This document shows positions 47,194-48,937 of a DNA stretch of 48,937 nucleotides, piece after piece. Within the stretch, counting starts at the first letter, position 1. Every line of letters begins with the position of its first letter. Made by a program: the position numbers and the translations under genes. The DNA is from an uncultured Anaerolineae bacterium. Its GTDB lineage: Bacteria; Chloroflexota; Anaerolineae; VGOG01. The DNA lies in the NCBI GenBank assembly GCA_964461615.1, contig CAYWWC010000002.1, positions 1 through 48,937 of the forward strand, read 5' to 3'. The notes beneath the pieces were generated by a model that searched no databases, had not been told where the DNA came from, and saw nothing but the letters and a program-made list of their open reading frames with translations.

Positions 47194-47362
47194 ACGAATC
47201 TCCTGTTTTGAATGTACGAAAACCGAAGTATGAAAACAAGTCGGTTTCGCAGTAAACACATTGCTCGTCTTCTGCGAAGATTACTCTTTTACAGACAGGA
47301 CAAATTTGTTCTGGACGAGCCAAAAAACAGGGCGCATCACGCGCCCTTTCTGTAGTAAGCAT
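47120..47362 (-). CDS. Small Zn-ribbon protein
   Basis: CPVC...CVYC; GGAG RBS. Confidence 0.55.
   Translation of the reverse strand: MLTTERARDAPCFLARPEQICPVCKRVIFAEDEQCVYCETDLFSYFGFRTFKTGDSYGRTDNISAVDGVSCARSIESNKR
47211..47239 (-). promoter_or_regulatory. Putative promoter/operator, copy 1
   Basis: TTGTTT-N17-TACATT with TTTTCRTA repeats 14 bp apart, directly upstream of the wHTH gene RBS. Confidence 0.6.
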
Positions 47363-47376
47363 TTTTTCTCCAGTGG

Positions 47377-47964
47377 TTAGTTTGAATGCAGGGTTGGTGG
47401 AAGAATGATGTTTAGCGGTTTTTTCGATGGAGTTTGGAATTCCATTGCCTTGTCGAAATATGCCTTGATATTGTCGACAGCACGTTGATATTCGTATCCC
47501 TCTCCTTCAACCATCGTAAGAAAACCCCAGACAATCGTATTAATAACCCGATTCATTACGTCATCGGGAGACATGTGAGGACCAGACGTTGATTTAACAA
47601 TTTCTTTCAGAGATTCAATCAATCCAAATCCAATATCACACATCGCACCATATGTTGGAAACATTTTCATGGATGGCATGAACTCAACAGAAGGTACGTT
47701 TTTTGAAGATTCGGCATGCCCAACAGAGACAAGCAGAATGGTTGGATGATTCGAATCACCCTCTCGTTTCATGTCTTCGTTGTAAATGTCTTCCAAAAAC
47801 TGGACCAACTGATCAAAGTGCGATTGCGGTCTCATGATGTCTCCTATTGATATGCTGCGGGTAACTGTGGCATTATAGGCTTCGGTTAAAGTACCGAAGG
47901 GACTTTCAATGGAACCGTTTCCACTGAGAGCCCCTTCACGAATGTAGTAATTATGGTATGCCAC
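47377..47964 (-). CDS. Hypothetical protein with DUF1565-like N-terminal motif; alternative start at 47835
   Basis: YY.....GNGS..SPF.TL..A; GGAGG before GTG 47964 and AGGAG before ATG 47835. Confidence 0.65.
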   Translation of the reverse strand: MAYHNYYIREGALSGNGSIESPFGTLTEAYNATVTRSISIGDIMRPQSHFDQLVQFLEDIYNEDMKREGDSNHPTILLVSVGHAESSKNVPSVEFMPSMKMFPTYGAMCDIGFGLIESLKEIVKSTSGPHMSPDDVMNRVINTIVWGFLTMVEGEGYEYQRAVDNIKAYFDKAMEFQTPSKKPLNIILPPTLHSN

Positions 47965-47997
47965 AATATCCTCCAGAAATCGTTTCTGGAAGATACA

Positions 47998-48534
47998 TCA
48001 AATCAGGTTGGTTTCGAAAGCAAGACGAGCCTGATCGCCACAAACTTGGGGTCTGCTGATACATCTTACTCGACCAACAGAGAAACATTTGTCCTTGAAC
48101 TTATCAGCATACCGGTTTGAAATGTATTTCCGGTAGTAGGTTTTGATTTCATCCGTTTCAGCTTGAATACGAACCTTGATACCTTCTGGCAAGAGTTCTC
48201 GAAAGGGTTTTGGCACCCCTGAATCATATCTTGTAACCCACAGACTAAGGAATGTGTAGTCTGTTTCAATATCAAACCTTATATTGAAATATTTCTCCAA
48301 TTGATTCAGAAGACGACCAAGACGAGACTTGTCCTTGAATGGAATTTCATAGGTAAAATAGGAACCCCCATCCCAATAAAATTCTACACCCTTTGGGGTC
48401 AGGTGAGCTAGTTTTCTGACAAGGGGTTCCCATTTATGAAGATCCGTTTTCCGTTTTTCCAGTGCAATGGAGTTTTCCAGAATTAAATTAACGGCTCGTT
48501 GGGAATTGATAACAGTCAATTTCTCTTTAAGCAT
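47998..48534 (-). CDS. Hypothetical protein
   Basis: 178 aa, AGGAG RBS, 8-bp overlap with the upstream gene. Confidence 0.75.
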   Translation of the reverse strand: MLKEKLTVINSQRAVNLILENSIALEKRKTDLHKWEPLVRKLAHLTPKGVEFYWDGGSYFTYEIPFKDKSRLGRLLNQLEKYFNIRFDIETDYTFLSLWVTRYDSGVPKPFRELLPEGIKVRIQAETDEIKTYYRKYISNRYADKFKDKCFSVGRVRCISRPQVCGDQARLAFETNLI

Positions 48535-48937
48535 CTTTTCTCTCCTTCCTCGCGTCTGGCGAGTCGGCTAGGGCTTGGCGGAGTTGCTTCATCCAACAAT
48601 CTTCGACAGGATCAAGATTATGGCTTTGGCAATATCCGTGATGATCTATGTGGGTGCAGTCAAGGTTTCCTTCATAGATGTCTAACACCCTCAACCCGGC
48701 CTTTCTCAGCCTCACAACCTCCGCTTCTTTGGATTCGAGGGCGGAGAGGAGGTCGCAAATGTCAACAGCTAAAGATTTGGTTGGGCAAGTTATAACAGCC
48801 CTTGTGGGTGCTAGACGATCTCTAACAAAGTACCCGTCTGTATAGTACCTCAGCGGCTCAGGCTCAGGCGGCGGCGCGAGTTCGAGGGTAATTTCAGCGA
48901 GGTATTTGTTCCACTCGCGAATTTTATCTGGGCTTTG
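48527..48937 (-). CDS. 3' part of the junction-spanning ~284-aa protein
   Basis: Frame is open from the window end to the stop at 48527 and continuous with 499->1. Confidence 0.8.
   Translation of the reverse strand, partial: QSPDKIREWNKYLAEITLELAPPPEPEPLRYYTDGYFVRDRLAPTRAVITCPTKSLAVDICDLLSALESKEAEVVRLRKAGLRVLDIYEGNLDCTHIDHHGYCQSHNLDPVEDCWMKQLRQALADSPDARKERKDA
48883..48937. repeat. 55-bp terminal direct repeat (assembly overlap), right copy
   Basis: Identical to 1-55. Confidence 0.97.

Larger units (their letters stand above)
1..48937. mobile_element. Complete circular(ised) dsDNA tailed phage genome, podovirus-like
   Basis: TerS/TerL, portal, scaffold, MCP, adaptors, nozzle and ejection proteins in canonical order; no tape measure, sheath or host housekeeping genes recognised; identical 55-bp ends with an ORF reading across the junction. 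Confidence 0.95.

Noticed and set aside
48883-48937. 55-bp terminal repeat as a biological DTR or att site
   Set aside because: Length equals a common assembler k-mer and it falls inside an open reading frame; best explained as circular assembly overlap
1-48937. Stop-codon reassignment as in some crAss-like phages
   Set aside because: Genes tile densely in the standard code, very long ORFs are uninterrupted, and TAA, TAG and TGA all end genes next to downstream starts
1-48937. CRISPR array, DGR/retron reverse transcriptase, integrase or transposase
   Set aside because: No regularly spaced repeat-spacer array and no RT, tyrosine/serine recombinase or DDE motifs recognised; the IstB-like ATPase has no IstA partner and fits a DnaC-like loader

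Overview
The window is a complete, circularly assembled genome (48,882 bp unique; bases 1-55 equal 48883-48937) of a tailed dsDNA phage with podovirus-like architecture. Two arms diverge from an AT-rich spacer at ~4310-4780 and converge at ~37830. The + arm carries a wHTH regulator, a GH108 endolysin, a cluster of signal-peptide proteins, a holin, TerS/TerL, portal, scaffold, a DUF5309/SU10-type capsid, adaptors, a nozzle, ejection proteins and a 3481-aa giant protein. The - arm carries small early genes, a tRNA-like RNA, Sak4-like ATPase, SSB-like, DnaC-like, Gp157, DUF932, DUF2303, RusA and a GT-C-like membrane protein. Main observations: (1) the giant protein contains an ordered motif series of a single-chain two-barrel (QDE-1/YonO/crAss gp66-like) RNA polymerase with a DYDAD catalytic loop, plus a DarG/TARG1-like macrodomain, i.e. 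a probable injected virion RNAP with an anti-ADP-ribosylation module in a small non-crAss phage; (2) four late proteins with Sec signal peptides, including the only adhesin-like protein and one gene between portal and scaffold, plus one membrane-anchored protein, are rich in the FCB O-glycosylation sequon D-(S/T)-(A/L/V/I/M/T), suggesting exported, glycosylated virion or envelope components; (3) a 145-nt tRNA-shaped RNA with expanded anticodon and variable arms. All family assignments come from motif recognition by eye; no searches were run.
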